A stretch of 64,000 nt of DNA, from contig OY969585.1 of assembly GCA_963701295.1 (NCBI GenBank), positions 2,976,001 to 3,040,000 of the forward strand. The letters are read 5' to 3'. The stretch is from Ignavibacteriota bacterium. Its GTDB lineage: Bacteria; Bacteroidota; Ignavibacteria; UBA10030. Positions 11,860 to 23,619 of the stretch are shown here, piece after piece. The position numbers and the translations under genes are program-made. The notes under the pieces are model-generated. The model did no database searches. It was not told the origin of the DNA and was given only the letters and a program-made list of their open reading frames with translations. The stretch's first letter is position 1. Every line of letters starts with the position of its first letter.

Positions 11860-12846
11860 TTGATCCAGACAATTTTCGTTACGGGAGGTACCGGTTTTAT
11901 TGGCAGCCACACCGTTGAGCGTTTATTGGAGGAAGGCTATCGTGTGCGATGCCTTGTCCGCCCGCATCAGATAAATCTGAGGTGGCTCCAAGGTCTGCCT
12001 GTCGATATTGTGAGGGGCGACCTATCAGATTCTGTATCACTTTCCAAGTGTCTGGAAGGTGTTGATTACATCATCCACATTGCAGGGATGACCAAAGCCA
12101 AACGGAAGAGTGAATTCTTTACCGGTAATGCAAAAACGACGGAACATCTCCTTCATGCGGCAAGCAAAATGAAGCATCTTAAGAAGTTTTGTTACCTCAG
12201 CAGTTTAACTGCCGTAGGACCGAGCACGACAGGTATTCCTCTCACGGAAACAGCCCCCTGCCACCCCATTACTACCTATGGTCAATCGAAACTTGAGGCA
12301 GAACGTCAATGCAGACACTTTGCGGATCGGATACCGATCGTCATCATACGGCCTCCTGCTGTATTCGGACCTCGCGATACAGACATTTTAGAAATGTTCA
12401 AATGGGTTAGTTACGGTTTTAAGCCGATCATCGGCTCGTCTGAGAAAACACTAAGTCTTGTGTATGCACCAGATTTAGCGAAAGGAATCATTCGGGCATC
12501 CATTGATGAAAGGACGATCGGACAGACATATAATATTTCAGATCCGGCCATCTTTACATTTTCTTCTCTCATCGATTATATTGCAACACTGGTCCAGAAG
12601 CGAACGATTCGCATACATTTCCCCAAAGGACTCTTCTATTCGATGGCAGGGATTGCTCAGGTTTTTTCAGCTTTTGGAAAGAGCCCGGCTTTACTCAACA
12701 TTGAAAAGGCGAGAGATCTTCTGCAAGATCATTGGATTTGTGATTCGCGGAAAATCCAAGAGCACATCGGATTCCACACAGCGACATCCATTAATAACGG
12801 CCTGAGTAAGACATTTCAATGGTATAAAGAAACCGGGTGGCTGTAG
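11860..12846 (+). CDS. NAD-dependent epimerase/reductase (extended SDR), candidate ceramide reductase
   Basis: TGGTGFIG Rossmann motif, YGQSK catalytic motif, RPPAVFGP; divergent from spt. Confidence 0.8.
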   Translation: MIQTIFVTGGTGFIGSHTVERLLEEGYRVRCLVRPHQINLRWLQGLPVDIVRGDLSDSVSLSKCLEGVDYIIHIAGMTKAKRKSEFFTGNAKTTEHLLHAASKMKHLKKFCYLSSLTAVGPSTTGIPLTETAPCHPITTYGQSKLEAERQCRHFADRIPIVIIRPPAVFGPRDTDILEMFKWVSYGFKPIIGSSEKTLSLVYAPDLAKGIIRASIDERTIGQTYNISDPAIFTFSSLIDYIATLVQKRTIRIHFPKGLFYSMAGIAQVFSAFGKSPALLNIEKARDLLQDHWICDSRKIQEHIGFHTATSINNGLSKTFQWYKETGWL

Positions 12847-12870
12847 AATCCTACTGCAGAATTTCTAAAT

Positions 12871-12899
12871 TTGATATTTTGCTGTAAATTCTGTAGATT
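12871..12899 (+). promoter_or_regulatory. Sigma70-like promoter of the fluoride operon
   Basis: TTGATA-17 nt-TAGATT, placing +1 at about 12906, the first base of the riboswitch. Confidence 0.6.
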
Positions 12900-12905
12900 A
12901 ATTTT

Positions 12906-12957
12906 GGCGATGGAGTTCGCCATGAATTATTCCATAGAGGAATTGATGACTCCTACC
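12906..12957 (+). promoter_or_regulatory. Fluoride riboswitch (crcB RNA motif)
   Basis: GGCGATGGAGTTCGCC...TGATGACTCCTAC consensus with the GGAG/CTCC pseudoknot, directly upstream of crcB. Confidence 0.95.
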
Positions 12958-12996
12958 TCGAGGCAGATTGCTTACGACGTAGGAGTTTTTCGTTTT
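12949..12996 (+). terminator. Riboswitch expression-platform terminator
   Basis: ACTCCTAC (12949-56) pairs with GTAGGAGT (12979-86), followed by TTTTcgTTTT; overlaps the aptamer 3' strand. Confidence 0.85.
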
Positions 12997-13009
12997 ATGA
13001 GAGGATAAT

Positions 13010-13387
13010 ATGCTTCGTAATTATTTATATGTGTTTTTCGGCGGTGGGTTGGGTTCATCACTCAGGTATTGGCTATCAGGTCTGATACCACGATATACAG
13101 GAAGTCAGTTCCCGTACGGGATTCTCATCGTTAATATCGTGGGATGCTTCTTTATCGGTTTTCTTATGTCGGCATTGGAAGAACGGTTTATTGGTAATCC
13201 TTCACTTCGCATCTTCCTTACTATTGGGATAATCGGCGGCTTTACAACTTTCTCAACGTTCAGTTATGAAACAATCGCTATGATGCGTGATAGTGAATTC
13301 TTAAGAGCATCTCTCTATGTCGGACTATCCGTTGCGCTAGGATTGGGTGGAACACATGTTGGTTCTTTAATCGGCAAATTAATTTAA
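13010..13387 (+). CDS. crcB: Fluoride channel FluC/CrcB
   Basis: GGGLGS..RY, P.G...VN..GCF, GGFTTFSTF. Confidence 0.97.
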   Translation: MLRNYLYVFFGGGLGSSLRYWLSGLIPRYTGSQFPYGILIVNIVGCFFIGFLMSALEERFIGNPSLRIFLTIGIIGGFTTFSTFSYETIAMMRDSEFLRASLYVGLSVALGLGGTHVGSLIGKLI

Positions 13388-13403
13388 TCGGAAAAGGTGA
13401 TGT

Positions 13404-13754
13404 ATGAAACTTGCAGGTGATGGTAAACTCTTACGCATATTTATTGGTGAATCTGACAAGTTTCACCACCAAGCACTCTTTGAAGCAATTGTCCATTCCG
13501 CGAAGGAAAAAGAGCTCGCGGGGTGTACAGTGTTGCGTGGTATCGAGGGCTATGGTGCCGACAGCCGTGTAATCCACACTGCAAAAATTCTACGGTTATC
13601 TGAAGATCTCCCGATAGTCATTGAAATCGTAGATACTGAAGAGAAGATAAAAAACTTCCTGCCCACTGTAGAACAAATGATTGAAACATCAGGATGCGGG
13701 GCGATGATAACGCTTGAAAAAGCAGAAATCATCCGATACAGTCACGGAAAATGA
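13404..13754 (+). CDS. DUF190 PII-like protein
   Basis: LLRIFIGE, GCTVLRGIEGYG, LSEDLPIVIEIVD; usual crcB neighbour. Confidence 0.93.
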   Translation: MKLAGDGKLLRIFIGESDKFHHQALFEAIVHSAKEKELAGCTVLRGIEGYGADSRVIHTAKILRLSEDLPIVIEIVDTEEKIKNFLPTVEQMIETSGCGAMITLEKAEIIRYSHGK

Positions 13755-13778
13755 AACAACTTTTTAGGCGTTTGATTT

Positions 13779-15406
<1,628 letters not shown>

Positions 15407-15409
15407 TAA

Positions 15410-15625
15410 ATGATGTTTTTTATTTCAATCTTTCTCGGTTCCGCTTTCGGATTATTTGCCTCGATTATGGCATTTGTCATAACATGGAATGAATTGGAAA
15501 AGCATCAGTTCGAACGCAAACGATTAGTGAACGAATCTCTTCAAGCCGCAGGTTTTACATTTATTTTTTTCCTCGTGTTGTCTATGCTAGCAGGTTATTT
15601 CATTACACGATATGCTCTAAAATAA
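15410..15625 (+). CDS. Small two-helix membrane protein
   Basis: 71 aa with two hydrophobic segments, starting 3 nt after the eno stop. Confidence 0.6.
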   Translation: MMFFISIFLGSAFGLFASIMAFVITWNELEKHQFERKRLVNESLQAAGFTFIFFLVLSMLAGYFITRYALK

Positions 15626-15672
15626 TACGCAATCCTAGTAATGTGAAAAGTGAGAATAAACCGTTCATCCAT

Positions 15673-15789
15673 ATCAAACAATTCCTAACCATCGTTGATG
15701 AGTTACTTGAATCTGCCGACGGCGGCGCAATGGTGACACTTGAAAAAGTGAATGTAATTCGCTACTCAGCGGGAAAAAGTGATGTATAA
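15673..15789 (+). pseudogene. 3' remnant of a second DUF190 gene
   Basis: Translates as IKQFLTIVDELLESADGGAMVTLEKVNVIRYSAGKSDV*, matching the C-terminus of 13404-13754 (IKNFLPTVEQMIETSGCGAMITLEKAEIIRYSHGK). Confidence 0.8.
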
Positions 15790-15817
15790 AACTTCTTAAT
15801 CAAAAAGATATCGAGAA

Positions 15818-16822
15818 CTACAGAAACTTTGCAATGCACCAATAACAGGCGGCAGAGACAAGTGCTGATGTAGGAATCGTGATAATCCAAGCAATAACAA
15901 TTCTTCCTGCAAGGCCCCACTTCACCGCCGATACACGTTTGGTCGCGCCCACACCCATAATCGCACCTGTGATCGTATGTGTTGTACTTACGGCAATACC
16001 GCTAAATGCCGTAATGAGCAATGTAAATGCACCAGCTGTCTCTGCACAGAAACCGCCTGCCGGTTTCAACTTTGTCACTTTTTGCCCCATCGTTTTCACG
16101 ATGCGCCAGCCGCCGAACATTGTGCCAAGAGCGATTGCCGTGTAACAAGGAACAATAACCCACCATTTAACAGGAAAGTCATCCGGACTGCTCGTGTAAA
16201 TTATTTTTGCATTGATGAGAAGAATCGTTATAATTCCCATCGTTTTCTGTGCATCATTTGCTCCATGACCAAGACTATAGAATGCAGCAGAAACGAGTTG
16301 AAGTTTCCTGAAAATCCCGTTGATTTTAGATGATGGTCGCTTATGAAACAGCCACATCAGTACCGACATCATACCAAATCCCATCACCATACCAAGCATC
16401 GGTGCGACCACGATGAAGATAACTGTTTTCGTCCAACCGCTCCAGAGGATGGAGCCGAAACCTGCTCGAGCAATTGCTGCACCGCCTAATCCACCCATCA
16501 ATGCATGGGAAGAGCTTGATGGAATGCCGAAGTACCACGTGATGAGATTCCAGACTATAGCGCCAAGCAATGCCGCAAGAATAACATATTCTGTGACGAG
16601 GTTTGCCGTTACAAGACCTTTCCCGATGGTCTTAGCAACATTATGGCCTGTGAAAAGAAATGCCGCCGCAAAATTGAAGAACGCAGCCCAGAGTACAGCT
16701 TTACGTGGAGTAAGAACCCGTGTTGAAACGATGGTAGCGATAGAATTCGCTGCATCGTGAAATCCGTTGAGGAAGTCAAAGATCAATGCAATGAAAACAA
16801 TGAAGAGAAGGAGGGCTATCAT
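15818..16822 (-). CDS. pit: Inorganic phosphate transporter (PiT family)
   Basis: NGFHDAANSIAT, PSSSSHAL, HGANDAQKTMG, VSTTH. Confidence 0.95.
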   Translation of the reverse strand: MIALLLFIVFIALIFDFLNGFHDAANSIATIVSTRVLTPRKAVLWAAFFNFAAAFLFTGHNVAKTIGKGLVTANLVTEYVILAALLGAIVWNLITWYFGIPSSSSHALMGGLGGAAIARAGFGSILWSGWTKTVIFIVVAPMLGMVMGFGMMSVLMWLFHKRPSSKINGIFRKLQLVSAAFYSLGHGANDAQKTMGIITILLINAKIIYTSSPDDFPVKWWVIVPCYTAIALGTMFGGWRIVKTMGQKVTKLKPAGGFCAETAGAFTLLITAFSGIAVSTTHTITGAIMGVGATKRVSAVKWGLAGRIVIAWIITIPTSALVSAACYWCIAKFL

Positions 16823-16838
16823 GTATCCGAATATCCCG

Positions 16839-17486
16839 TCAGTTTTGTTTGATTAGGATACCTTCAAGGACATTCGCCGCATCCTCACATTTATCGGTTG
16901 CCGTCTCTAATCCAACCAATATTTCTTTCAGTTTAATGATCTGGATAGCGTTTTTTTCTTTAGCAAACAGATCCGCTACAGCTTGGTCAAAGATATCATC
17001 GGCTTGATTTTCATATTCATTAATCTTTTTGAATGTGTCTTGAAGAATGTCAGTCTTATTTAAGTTGCGTAAGAGGTGAACACCATTTTTTAGTTCATTG
17101 ATGGAAAGAAATAGGACGTCGATGAGTTGGGAAAACGCTTTCGGAACACGCGTAATCTTATACATAGCAAACCGGTGAGCGCATCCATCGATATGATCGA
17201 GAACGTCATCTAAGGCAGATGTAAGCTCATGGATATCTTCACGGTCCAAAGGAGTAACAAATGTGGAATTAAGTTCAGAAAAAATATTATGTGTGATCAA
17301 ATCGCCTTCATGTTCGATGTCTTTGATTCGCTTCGCTGTTTCTTCCCTCTGGGACTGCTTTTTACAGAACGGGAGTTTTTTTAGCTCCACTCCGGCTTTC
17401 ACCAGGTTTTGTGCAGATTCTTCCAATAAAACATAGAAATTGTCATCATGAGGAAGAAATTTTTTTATAAATTGATCAAGTTTCAT
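16839..17486 (-). CDS. DUF47/PhoU-like phosphate transport regulator
   Basis: IEHEGD, FVTPLDREDI, ENQAD, ETATDKCEDAA; upstream of pit; likely start MKLDQF. Confidence 0.92.
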   Translation of the reverse strand: MKLDQFIKKFLPHDDNFYVLLEESAQNLVKAGVELKKLPFCKKQSQREETAKRIKDIEHEGDLITHNIFSELNSTFVTPLDREDIHELTSALDDVLDHIDGCAHRFAMYKITRVPKAFSQLIDVLFLSINELKNGVHLLRNLNKTDILQDTFKKINEYENQADDIFDQAVADLFAKEKNAIQIIKLKEILVGLETATDKCEDAANVLEGILIKQN

Positions 17487-17661
17487 AGGTCTGTAGTATG
17501 TAATGAAGAAAAAGATTGTCGCTTGTTTGGCAGGTCCAGGCATGGAGCAATCTCCTTCCTGCCTGCCAATGTAAGGTAGCAGAATGTTGTTTCAAAACCA
17601 ATTGCTTTTTATATCGATAAAAAACAATTGAGGAAAATAAATTTTAATTCCCTGATCATTA

Positions 17662-18162
17662 TCATACGGAAGACTTCAGTACCTTCTCCTGCATTTTTGT
17701 ACGATAGACATCAAGTTTTGTACCGAGTTCTGAATTATTGAGTGCAAGTATTTCAAGTGCGAGTAAACCGGCGTTGGATCCACCATCGATAGCAACTGTA
17801 GCAACGGGAATTCCTGCAGGCATCTGAACCATTGATAGTAATGAATCGAAACCGTTCAATGTCTTAGATTTAATCGGAACACCAATCACAGGAAGCGTCG
17901 TAACAGCAGCGACGATACCCGCTAAATGTGCCGCACCGCCTGCACCTGCAATGATCACTTTTATTCCTCTCCCCTTGGCCGTTTTCGCATATTCGATAGT
18001 CTGCTCGGGTGTGCGATGCGCTGAAAGTACTTTTACCTCACAAGGAATATCAAACTCTTTCAGAATCTGTCTTGCCAGTTCCATGGTATCGGCATCCGAT
18101 GTACTTCCCATGAGAATTGCAACAAGTGGATTTGTTGATTTGTCTGTACCTAATAGAATCAT
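17662..18162 (-). CDS. purE: N5-CAIR mutase
   Basis: [32 protein letters not shown]. Confidence 0.97.
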   Translation of the reverse strand: MILLGTDKSTNPLVAILMGSTSDADTMELARQILKEFDIPCEVKVLSAHRTPEQTIEYAKTAKGRGIKVIIAGAGGAAHLAGIVAAVTTLPVIGVPIKSKTLNGFDSLLSMVQMPAGIPVATVAIDGGSNAGLLALEILALNNSELGTKLDVYRTKMQEKVLKSSV

Positions 18163-18250
18163 AATTATTATCTCCTGCTTTAATAGTATCCTACACTGTC
18201 CCATTATTTTCTCCTCATGAGAGGAGTGAACATCGGGAAACGTGCTTTTC

Positions 18251-19267
18251 TTAACCGTTATGAAGTGCGGCTTTACGTAATCGATCCATCACTGCCGCAC
18301 CAAGCCCCTTTTCTTCTACACTTTCTACTAGAATGACATCTACTTCCTGCCGATCTAATTCACGCAATGCCCTAAACAGATTTCTTGCAACATATTCAAT
18401 CGAAGATTCAATAATCACATGAAATGAGGATTGTTCAATGCCCGTTAATACTTTTGAATAAGTAATGGAACCTATCTTCTTTTTTTGTTTTCTATTCTGC
18501 TGAATAAGAAGCTTAAATTTTTTCCCATCTGCCGACGGGAACAGAATTACACGCGCATTGGGGGCATAATGACGATGCTTCGTACCCGGAGAGCGTCTGA
18601 GCAATTCTACTGCATTAGTCCAACGCACCTCTCCAATTTCCTTCTCTATATCTTCACGGCTTAATCCACCGATCCGCAGAATAACCGGAGGATCAACGGT
18701 AACATCCAGCACAGTCGATTCGACTCCTATCGTTGTTGGTCCAGCATCAATGATGAGATCGATCTTTCCATTTAAGTCGTTGTACACATGTTCTGCCAGA
18801 GTCGGACTCGGTTTTCCCGAAATATTTGCACTCGGTCCAACAATACCGCCTTTGAACTGCCTGAGTAATTCCAGTGTCACCGGATGATCAGGCACTCGCA
18901 GCGCTACAGTCTCTAATCCTGCGGTTACAGCATCAGGAATACTTATTTTCTTCTGAAATACTAATGTCAATGGACCGGGCCAAAATCGCCGAGCAAGCAG
19001 CAATCCCTTCTCGGAAATCCATGCTGTAAATTGCTGAACATTTTCCAGTGATGCAACATGTACGATGAGTGGATTATCCGACGGCCTTCCCTTGGCATCA
19101 AAGACTTTTTGTACAGCTCCGGCATTCAAAGCATCGGCACCGAGTCCGTACACGGTCTCTGTTGGGAAAGCTACCAACCCTCCCCCGTGAAGCACTTCCG
19201 CTGCATATTGAATCTTATCAGCATCTGGATGTTCTGTGGAAACCTGTATGATTTTGGTTATCGGCAT
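18251..19267 (-). CDS. sua5: Threonylcarbamoyl-AMP synthase (Sua5/TsaC2)
   Basis: [30 protein letters not shown] plus a C-terminal SUA5 domain. Confidence 0.95.
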   Translation of the reverse strand: MPITKIIQVSTEHPDADKIQYAAEVLHGGGLVAFPTETVYGLGADALNAGAVQKVFDAKGRPSDNPLIVHVASLENVQQFTAWISEKGLLLARRFWPGPLTLVFQKKISIPDAVTAGLETVALRVPDHPVTLELLRQFKGGIVGPSANISGKPSPTLAEHVYNDLNGKIDLIIDAGPTTIGVESTVLDVTVDPPVILRIGGLSREDIEKEIGEVRWTNAVELLRRSPGTKHRHYAPNARVILFPSADGKKFKLLIQQNRKQKKKIGSITYSKVLTGIEQSSFHVIIESSIEYVARNLFRALRELDRQEVDVILVESVEEKGLGAAVMDRLRKAALHNG

Positions 19268-19278
19268 TCTCTCTGTTA

Positions 19279-21279
19279 TTACTCTACTGCCGCTAACAAC
19301 ATCTCCGCAACATCTTTCACTTTTACTGTCTCGGCCGCTTCTTTATCTTTAACACCGTCCTCCAGCATTGTCATACAAAACGGACACGCTGTACCGATCA
19401 CATTCGGTTTCAGCGCAAGCGCTTCTTCTGTTCGCTCAACATTAACTCTTTTTCCTTCAACCTCTTCCATCCACATTCTGCCGCCGCCCCCACCACAGCA
19501 GAATCCTCTCGACTTCGTTCGTTTCATTTCTACCGTATCCACACCGGAAATAGCATTAAGAATTTCCCGCGGCTGCTCATAGATATTGTTGTAGCGTCCT
19601 AAATAACAAGAGTCATGGAATGCTACTGTTGCTACTTCTTCCTTTGTTACCTTCAACTTACCTTCATTGATAAGCCTTACCAGAAAGTCGGTGTGATGAA
19701 CTACTTCATACTTACCGCCAAATTGCGGGTACTCGTTCTTCAGCATATTGAAGCAATGTGGACATGTTGCAACAATTTTTTTTACATTGTAATTATTCAA
19801 TGTCGCGATATTGTCTTTCATCAGCATTTGAGCAAGATACTCGTTTCCAATTCGACGCGCAGAATCACCAGTACATTTTTCTTCGGTTCCAAGGATTGCA
19901 AATTTAATTCCTGCTTTCTGCATCAACTTTGCGAAGGCTTGCGTCACCTTGGTGTAACGTGCATCGAATGCGCCGGCACAACCCACCCAAAAGAGAATCT
20001 CTGCATCCTGTGATTGAGACATCTGCGGAATGTCCATACCTTCTGCCCAATCCGCACGACTAGATGCAGGGAACGCCCACGGACTAAAATTTGTCTCGAG
20101 ATTCTTAAATACAACTTGTACTTCCGGTGGAAAACTGGATTCCATCAATACCAGACTGCGGCGCAAGTCCACTATTGCGGGAATATGTTCATTGTTCACC
20201 GGACATTCCTGTATGCACGACATACACGTAGTGCAAGCGAAAAGTTCTTCTTGAATGATATACTTATGAAGAAGTGTGTTTTCTAATAGATTTTTCTCAC
20301 CTTCTTTGTATATTGTAGCGCTATTACCATTCAATAATAGCTTTCCTTTTTCCACCGTACGATGCCGAAGATCGGTCATAATCTTTTTGGGTGAGAGAAG
20401 CTTGCCTGTAATATTCGCCGGACAAGCTGCCGTACAGCGTCCGCATTCCGTACAGGTGAATCCATCAAGTAATTGCTTCCATGTAAGGTCGTCGACATCT
20501 GTTGCACCAAATTTTTCTATTCCTTCTTCTTCGAGATTAATCGGCGTTAGCGCACCTCTTGGTTTCAGTGAAGTGAGAAATACATTTGGTAGTGATGTGA
20601 GAACATGTGCATGTTTTGAGTATGGCAAGTAATTCAGAAACCCGAGAACCAGAACGATATGTATCCACCAATAAACTTCAAAAAGGAGATGACTTGTAGA
20701 AGCATTTGAAGAAGCAAGAATCGAACTCATCGCCGCAGAAAGAATACGGCCTCCATCAGTTGCGCCCAACTGAAGACGTGCTGCATTTTGTCCGAGCAAG
20801 CTCACTATAATTAAGAAGATAGTGAAGAGAATTACTGTGGCATCGACTTGAGCATGCCGATCTCCCTGCAGACGTTTTGGCCGAAGGATGTAACGTCTAA
20901 ACAAAGCAGTGCATATTCCAATAATCACCAAACCTGAAAAGATATCTTGTAAAAACACTAATGGTTGATAAAGCATACCAATACATCGGAAAGAAAATTC
21001 TTGGATAAATCCTTCACCGATGGCTTCCAGAACGGACGATAACAAGACAAGAAATCCCCAGAAAATAAATGCATGCATCAGTCCTGCAATAGGTTCACGA
21101 AAAAGTTTTGTCTGTCCAATAGCTACCATCATCATTTTTTTGAAGCGCTCCCACAGGCAATCCAACCTATTTTCTGGTTTACCTATGGAAATAAGAGCGA
21201 TCATACGCCGCAAGCTGAATCCGAATGCTCCAAACGCTCCAAATAAGACAATTGTAAAAATGATGGTCTTCATCGCCAT
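19279..21279 (-). CDS. Membrane-bound Fe-S oxidoreductase (FadF/heterodisulfide reductase-like)
   Basis: N-terminal TM domain, two CxxCxxCxxxCP motifs, CCG domains. Confidence 0.9.
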   Translation of the reverse strand: MAMKTIIFTIVLFGAFGAFGFSLRRMIALISIGKPENRLDCLWERFKKMMMVAIGQTKLFREPIAGLMHAFIFWGFLVLLSSVLEAIGEGFIQEFSFRCIGMLYQPLVFLQDIFSGLVIIGICTALFRRYILRPKRLQGDRHAQVDATVILFTIFLIIVSLLGQNAARLQLGATDGGRILSAAMSSILASSNASTSHLLFEVYWWIHIVLVLGFLNYLPYSKHAHVLTSLPNVFLTSLKPRGALTPINLEEEGIEKFGATDVDDLTWKQLLDGFTCTECGRCTAACPANITGKLLSPKKIMTDLRHRTVEKGKLLLNGNSATIYKEGEKNLLENTLLHKYIIQEELFACTTCMSCIQECPVNNEHIPAIVDLRRSLVLMESSFPPEVQVVFKNLETNFSPWAFPASSRADWAEGMDIPQMSQSQDAEILFWVGCAGAFDARYTKVTQAFAKLMQKAGIKFAILGTEEKCTGDSARRIGNEYLAQMLMKDNIATLNNYNVKKIVATCPHCFNMLKNEYPQFGGKYEVVHHTDFLVRLINEGKLKVTKEEVATVAFHDSCYLGRYNNIYEQPREILNAISGVDTVEMKRTKSRGFCCGGGGGRMWMEEVEGKRVNVERTEEALALKPNVIGTACPFCMTMLEDGVKDKEAAETVKVKDVAEMLLAAVE

Positions 21280-21298
21280 TCCTTTTCTCCTTTGCTGG

Positions 21299-22222
21299 TT
21301 ATATCTTTAAAATTGAATTTATAATTGTTACAGCTTCACCGGCTATACTGATGTTTTCAATTTTTTTCTGTCTCATATGAACGCGTATTTTGACTCTTCC
21401 CGTTCGACGAATCTCGTCCCCCTGCTCTCCAACAAATTCCAATTTGCCATCTGATAACTCCCGACACACAACGGGATATCCAGCAGATAATACATACTTT
21501 TGCAGGTAACATCCAAGCGGGCCATTTGCCGATCCAGTGACGGGATCTTCATTGATGCCATAATTCGGCGCAAAGAACCGTGAATGCACTGCTGAATTCT
21601 TTTCTTTTGTCTCCAATGAAAACAAGCTCACTCCATTCAGCTTCATTTTCTTTAACTCATTGGCTAATGCCGAAAAGTCCGGTTTGATTTTTTCTATCAC
21701 TGCAAGACCATTCATGGGAACATAGAGATACAAGTCGGTAACAATAGGTAAATCCTTTTTTATTTCCTTTGCTGTAAGGTCAAGTGCGCGCAACATCGTT
21801 GCCGGAAGTTTCTTTTTGATCTTGAATTTTGGTACCGGCAGCTCAAATTCTATTGTTGTGTCGTAGAAATTCTTCTCAACTCGTACAGCTAAAATACCGC
21901 TCTTCGTCTGCAAACGGAAGTAATGCTGACCATTTGTGCTCATTCCTTCCAACCCCTCTTCAGCAAGTGCGTGGAAGCTCGCAATGGTCGCATGTCCACA
22001 TAGCGGAACTTCGTTCATGGGCGAAAACCATCGAATGCGTAAATTCGCATCCTGCTCTGTTGCCGGAAGAATGAACGCAGTCTCTGGACAATTCACCTCA
22101 CGCGCGATGAGCTGCATCTGAGTATCTGACAATCCGCCGGCATCGAGAACCACACCCGCAGGGTTTCCCGCATATGGTTTCTTGGTAAATGCATCGACTA
22201 TTTTAATTCGATAGGTCTTCAT
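21299..22222 (-). CDS. PhzF family isomerase/epimerase
   Basis: DAFT...GNPAGV, ETAF, LCGHAT, EDPVTGSA. Confidence 0.93.
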   Translation of the reverse strand: MKTYRIKIVDAFTKKPYAGNPAGVVLDAGGLSDTQMQLIAREVNCPETAFILPATEQDANLRIRWFSPMNEVPLCGHATIASFHALAEEGLEGMSTNGQHYFRLQTKSGILAVRVEKNFYDTTIEFELPVPKFKIKKKLPATMLRALDLTAKEIKKDLPIVTDLYLYVPMNGLAVIEKIKPDFSALANELKKMKLNGVSLFSLETKEKNSAVHSRFFAPNYGINEDPVTGSANGPLGCYLQKYVLSAGYPVVCRELSDGKLEFVGEQGDEIRRTGRVKIRVHMRQKKIENISIAGEAVTIINSILKI

Positions 22223-22226
22223 TGTT

Positions 22227-22646
22227 TTATTTTCCCATGAATTGAATGACAATATCGCGATATCGCGTTCTTGTATCGAAATCAATCAGTACGATTTGCT
22301 GCCAAGTTCCAAGCAGCATTTTTCTGTCTGAGAAAGGAACAACGATCGATGGTCCCAAAAGCGAAGCCCGTATATGCGCATGACCATTTCCGTCTCCCCA
22401 AGTATCATCGTGGTGATAGCGGGAGCTGCTTGGTGCAAGCCGTTCAAACATCTCAGGAATATCTTTTCGCAATCCCGGTTCAAATTCTGTCGTTGTTATA
22501 GATGCAGTCGAACCGACAACGAAGATAGTCACATTTCCTTCTTTCAGCGTCTGTTGATGAAGGAGAGCGGCAACTTTCTCGGTAATATCGACGACTTCCG
22601 AATTTCCCTTTGTTGACACTTTGATATGCTCGGTTACTACTTCCAT
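22227..22646 (-). CDS. yjbQ: YjbQ/UPF0047 family protein
   Basis: GSTASIT..E, NGHAH, LGTWQ....DFD. Confidence 0.9.
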   Translation of the reverse strand: MEVVTEHIKVSTKGNSEVVDITEKVAALLHQQTLKEGNVTIFVVGSTASITTTEFEPGLRKDIPEMFERLAPSSSRYHHDDTWGDGNGHAHIRASLLGPSIVVPFSDRKMLLGTWQQIVLIDFDTRTRYRDIVIQFMGK

Positions 22647-23506
22647 AGTTGTAATGCTGTTAATATGTTTTGATTCTTGATAAAATACACAAACTTATCT
22701 TTCACAAAGAATGTATCAGGACTCGGGACTTGCACACCTTTTACGATTATCTCGTTGAACCGTTTTTCTCTTTGTTCTGTGTCGTATACGGCAAAAATAT
22801 TTTCTAATGTCGCTGATGTCGAAGAATTTTCTTTCTGATAATAACTCACCAAAAGGATATTGCTCCGAAGGAGATATTCTATCCACCCTTCTAGCGCATT
22901 TCCTCCTGTGATCTGCCGAATAATAATGTCTACTTCCGAATCGGCCTGTCTCTGACTATATAATTTTGGAAATATCGTTCTTTGCATGCCTTCAGATTCT
23001 TTTTGCAAAATCTGTCTTTGTAATTCATGTAAAGAATCCAGATTTTCGGCAAATTCATTGAGCACTGTTCCTGTGTTGATATCGATTTCGTAATCAAGAC
23101 GTTTTTCGAAAATATATTTATATGCATAAAGGTTTTGATTATGCGTAAACCAATAGATTAGCTCATCGTTTCTCCATAAAATCTTGCCCGTTGCAAGTTC
23201 TACTATATGAATGCCGCGATGTTGCGGCATATCAGGCCTGGCAAATCTATGCAAAATTATCCATTTGTCATAGACCGTTTCAATTCCTATCCACCACGGT
23301 TCATCAAATTCAATTCCCTTCCATAACGATTTGCCGGTACGTGCATCGACACAAAAAAAACTCGCCGATTTTGCTTCTTGATTGCGCGTTTCGCCTACAA
23401 TTGTATTTTGCGACGAAATAAATATTCGCCAAATAAGCACGCCTGTGCTGAATTCCCATATCGGCTTTAATTGTTTTGAGCGGAATAATGGGAAAAAGCC
23501 AGCCAT
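22637..23506 (-). CDS. DUF4905-like protein with PQQ-like beta repeats
   Basis: DARTGKSLW and ELATGKILW repeats, EPWWIG, PDTFF. Confidence 0.6.
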   Translation of the reverse strand: MAGFFPLFRSKQLKPIWEFSTGVLIWRIFISSQNTIVGETRNQEAKSASFFCVDARTGKSLWKGIEFDEPWWIGIETVYDKWIILHRFARPDMPQHRGIHIVELATGKILWRNDELIYWFTHNQNLYAYKYIFEKRLDYEIDINTGTVLNEFAENLDSLHELQRQILQKESEGMQRTIFPKLYSQRQADSEVDIIIRQITGGNALEGWIEYLLRSNILLVSYYQKENSSTSATLENIFAVYDTEQREKRFNEIIVKGVQVPSPDTFFVKDKFVYFIKNQNILTALQLWK

Positions 23507-23552
23507 GATGCAGGTGAACATACCAATATTTTTGGGGAGTATCAACCGATGG

Positions 23553-23591
23553 AAAAAACGAAAAGCCAGCCCTGCTTCATAGGACTGGCTT
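23553..23591 (-). terminator. Intrinsic terminator after the glutathione peroxidase gene
   Basis: AAGCCAGTCCT/AGGGCTGGCTT stem plus T-rich tail. Confidence 0.7.
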
Positions 23592-23619
23592 GTATAGTGC
23601 CACTCATTGCTAAAGAGAT

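Noticed and set aside
11737-11910. 58-aa N-terminal extension of Spt in the ORF track
   Set aside because: It overlaps the divergent reductase gene, and a better TTG start with a GAGGAG RBS lies at 11736
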